Of a stretch of DNA of 64,000 bases, positions 60,210 through 64,000 are shown piece after piece. Made by a program: the position numbers and the translations under genes. Where the stretch lies: NCBI GenBank assembly GCA_010909165.1, contig MU008194.1, positions 372,001 through 436,000 on the forward strand, written 5' to 3'. Every line of letters starts with the position of its first letter. Position 1 is the stretch's first letter. The notes beneath the pieces were generated by a model that ran no database searches, had not been told where the DNA came from, and was given only the letters and a program-made list of their open reading frames with translations. This DNA comes from Anthoceros angustus (lineage: Eukaryota; Plantae; Anthocerotophyta).

Positions 60210-61498
60210 TGCTGAGCTCACTCCACCGCCTGCGCGCCGACAAACCCTGTTGCCCTGTCCTGTCCTGCCCTGCTCCGCCTCGGCCGAAGCCTCCGCCTCC
60301 AGCTACCTAGGCTACCCGCCTCCCTCGCCTCTGCATTCTCCTTCTCCCCGGAAGAGACTGCAGTCCTCCTCCACCTCTAATTGCCACGCCGCTTCCCTCA
60401 CCGACTTGCAGGCTCCAAGCTTCATGCCTGATCCACACCACACATGCTGATCGCCTGCCGCTGCCTGAACGTCCAACACTCCTGCACCTGTTTTGCTCAT
60501 TTAGCCGATTTGCTATAACATAGGGTATACAGGCTACAACTATACTCACATAATCTTGCACTTATTTTTTCACTATCTAATAGTGCTTTAATTGAATAGA
60601 AGGATCCAAAGATGACATACACCTTACCTTCATAGAACCTATTTGAGGGAGGGTTGACCAGGAACGCCTAGTGAAATAAAGAGTTATAATATATATAATT
60701 TAGTATATTAATTATATTTATAAAAATATTTACATACACACCACTCAAGTTTTTTATCAATTCCGTTGGTAAGAATTATTTTTAGGTTATATAAAATTTA
60801 AAATCATTTATTATACCAATAATTTTATATATGGAGATGAAAAAACTTCCGTGTCTGGCAGTGTAAGTGACCATGTTTTATCACTCATCTTTGTTGCTAA
60901 CATAAAGGTTCCCTCAATGTATCTATCATGTACGTGCAAAATTAGATGTATACAACTACAATTTGGTTTTTTCCTTTTGGCGAATTCAATTTTTGTGGAG
61001 TCCTCCTTCACAATTGTTTTTGTTTTGTTATAAGATACATTTTCGGTTGGATATGATGAGCTTAACTATGCTCTTTCAATTCAAGCATCTATGGAATGAA
61101 TAAATGTGATGTTTGTGCGCTGTTAGAAGTGTTCATTTCTCCTATCTAGTTTTGCATCCTTGTTTATAATGTAATCATCGCGATAGTTGCCATGGTTGCT
61201 ATGATTGGGCCTTCCACAAATGGTTTCTAGTGATGCCTCCTCCAACCCTCTTGTGGATGTGTTCTTAGAGTTTGGGTTTGAATTTTAGACCCAAGCTCTG
61301 AGACGAACCCAAACTCAAGTTGTTTGAAAGAACAACTCAACTCCAAAATGTATTTGCTGCACTTACGTCGGAACCTTTCATTTAAAGATTACAAGCAATC
61401 TATGTGGGCAATTTACTCCTAGAACTATCCATCTGAAAAAATTAATATATTATTTATAATAGTTTTTATAATATATATACAACCAATATACCTAAAAT

Positions 61499-64000
61499 TT
61501 ACAAGTAACTCTGAAAGAGTGCATCAACGCAACCTACCTCAGCAAGGCGATCCTCACATATACTAAGAAGAGCTATTGCCTTTAAACCATTGTTTGGGCT
61601 GGCTTTATTGTTGGCAAAAGCAAGTAGACAGTTCACACAATCTATAAGACACCCTTCCACCACCTGGTCAAAATGCTCTAAGATCACTGCAATGAGACAG
61701 GTACAATACTCTCAGGTACAATGGTCTGCCACGAGTTGGACAACGGAGTGCTTAACATGCTGACTGCATGGAGATAATCGTGTCCTTAATCCTGTCACCT
61801 TGCTCAACATTCTCAAATGCAATGTCGGCAATGTCCTCTTGTTGATCAGTTGCAGCCGTTGTAAACACCATAAAAACACTACGCCATCCGGACTTGATGC
61901 TTGTGACTTTTGACTTTATCATCTGAGAGTGTCATTTGTCAAGAGAGCTTCTGCTGTTCAGGTGGTGAACACATCATTACGACAATTCACAACAGTCTTC
62001 AAGATTTCGGTACTCACCTGCACGATGCAGTCTACTATGAGGGCACGGATTGCCACGTTCCTGCTGTTTCTCATCAATATCACGAAAGGCTTCAGTATGT
62101 CATTCTGGAAGCTGAAATTTGCAAGTTCTGATCGTTCGAGATATTTGATGGCAAGCTGCCTCAATGCATCTATCGAGTACATGGCAATCTGCTCATCCTC
62201 GTGGCTCCCGGCGGCAACAAAATGCTGCGCCAGTACACCCCATATCTTTGCCCACACCTGTGCAATACTAAGGCCTTTTAGCAATGTTTCCAGGTAAATT
62301 GCCTCGTCCCTCCTGGCAACTGCCAGAAAAACAACCGGCACTCACCATCCTAATGCGGGACATGTTGTAGTAGCTTATTTCGACGAGCTTCTGCAAACTG
62401 AAGACACGAGGTGGAATTTGTTGCAATTCGTCGGATGAAGCATAGCAAAGCGCGGTAAAGAACTCCACTATCATGTCACTAGGTAGGCTGGCACTCTTTA
62501 CAAATACTTGTTCTGTAGGTCTTCCTGTCAGTTCGACTAAAGATTGCACCAGTGCTGGGTTTCCTCCATGCAAGGGGTTAAATGACGTAGTTGGAGCTGT
62601 TGCAAGGTACTCCAACCTCGAGACACATTCTAGAAGGTTGTTCCATGTATCTTGCAAAGCATCAGGCTCATTCTCAATGACCTCCAGCAACGTCTTCAAT
62701 GCTTCTACGCTCTTCGCGGACACTTCTTCCGGAGAGTGCATATAGGTGAATCTGCAAGAAGATAGAGCAGAAGATATCAGCCTGGGGTGAAAACTAAACT
62801 GTGCAACGTTTTTCAAAGCCCAACAGAAGTGGAATATTGTAAAATTTTCAAGGCCATCCACACCTGAGAAGATAAAATTGCAGACCTTATTAAAGTAGTT
62901 AAGATGGCACATCGCATGGCATCCATGGTTAGCACTTTAGTAAGATGTACACCCATTTGAAAACCTTCCATACACAGAGAGATTTGGAAATGGTTGTTGC
63001 TCTTTTCCATTAATGCAGAAAAAGTTGCCAGCAACGGCCAACCAATAGCCTCCAGCATAGGGCGAGCAAGCTCCAGCTGCTTCGCAACATGAAAAACACC
63101 CCTCTTCATCCCTCCTTTCTTCAATAGGTCCTGGGTGTTTTGCACAATACGCTCGCCTTCCACTTTAGTGTCAACAGCTCTCTTTTTGGGTTGTCGAAGT
63201 TTCAGCACACTGACAAGCCTGCTTTTCTCTTCCAGATCCTTTCTCTTCGCCAGATTCTTTACTGTATCACCTTTCAGTTTGATCTCATCCTTGACAATAG
63301 AGTCGTAGATGCCTTCCAGCAGTTCCCTAGGGGCATGTTCTTCCTGGTCACCTGGCTGGCCAGAGTTGATTTTAACGAAGTCAGCCTTGGACATCTTTTC
63401 CTTAACCATAGGATTATGAGCATCTGTGTTGAGCATGATAACAGCGTAGGCCAACACATAGGCAGTGTCAGCGTTCTTGAATAGGCCTGGATTCGTGTTG
63501 CAGAACCTGTCGCACGCTGTGCGTTAGTCTTGCTCTCACCTCGTTATGCTTGCAAAATACCCCAGCTCTCCACATACTTTCCCCATTGTGAACAGTTCGG
63601 CAACCAACTGTTATGTGGGTCTACAAGGGCGTTTCTTGAAACACTGTGCATGAAAGACAAAGAGGGCCAGTCATATTTTCACCGTTCAGCGAATTTCTCC
63701 ATGATACGGTCGATCTTCTGAGCTTCCCCAGGAAGCCTGAATCCGTTTAAGAGCTCCCGTATTGCTTGGTCAAACGCCATGCCAGCAAAATTGAACTGAT
63801 CAATGTAAGCATGCATGACTGACAGCTGAAACGCCTCATGTTGTCCAAGGTAATCACCAATCATAACCTGCAGCAGGAAAACTCAACAAGTCAACCATGA
63901 GAGATTCAGAGGCTGGAAATGCCCCATAGTACGGTATCCTATATGCCAGACGAGTAGGAACTGGACAGCAAGCTTCTACCTTGTCTAACCCTGGAGTAGT
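61499..64000 (-). CDS. BIG5: BIG-family Sec7 ARF-GEF (BIG5/MIN7-like); starts beyond the window and appears 3'-truncated
   Basis: Sec7 motifs [20 protein letters not shown] and [15 protein letters not shown]; HDS regions [54 protein letters not shown]. Confidence 0.88.

Overview
Compact, intron-containing eukaryotic DNA from a non-seed land plant. Short (~80-120 nt) introns, very short intergenic gaps and a PLS-class PPR gene fit a hornwort such as Anthoceros (inference only). About 18 protein genes are recognisable: SDA1 (5'-partial), CYP704-family P450, SEC13, a PLS-E PPR, an MLKL/MCAfunc-like four-helix-bundle + Tubby/LURP-like fusion, DUF2985-PLAC8, a SPARK receptor kinase, an AT-rich TBL/PC-esterase, GET2, ENF2/PotD-like, two BAT1-like permeases, TAF1C-like, TRM112, an AT-rich RING-H2, DUF760, SYS1 and a 3'-truncated BIG5-like ARF-GEF. 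Accessory regions hold a decayed P-loop GTPase gene, a 1.45-kb tandem duplication of the P450 3' end, a degenerate CRE-type non-LTR retrotransposon with two further 3' fragments sharing a terminal hairpin, a Tc1/mariner-type MITE, a gag remnant, tRNA-like relics and several minisatellites. The best candidates for novelty are the 4HB-Tubby/LURP fusion gene (head-to-head with a PLAC8 gene), the CRE family, the GTPase pseudogene with a 35-nt fungal-style intron, and two compositionally foreign AT-rich genes. All family assignments come from motif recognition by eye; no searches were run.
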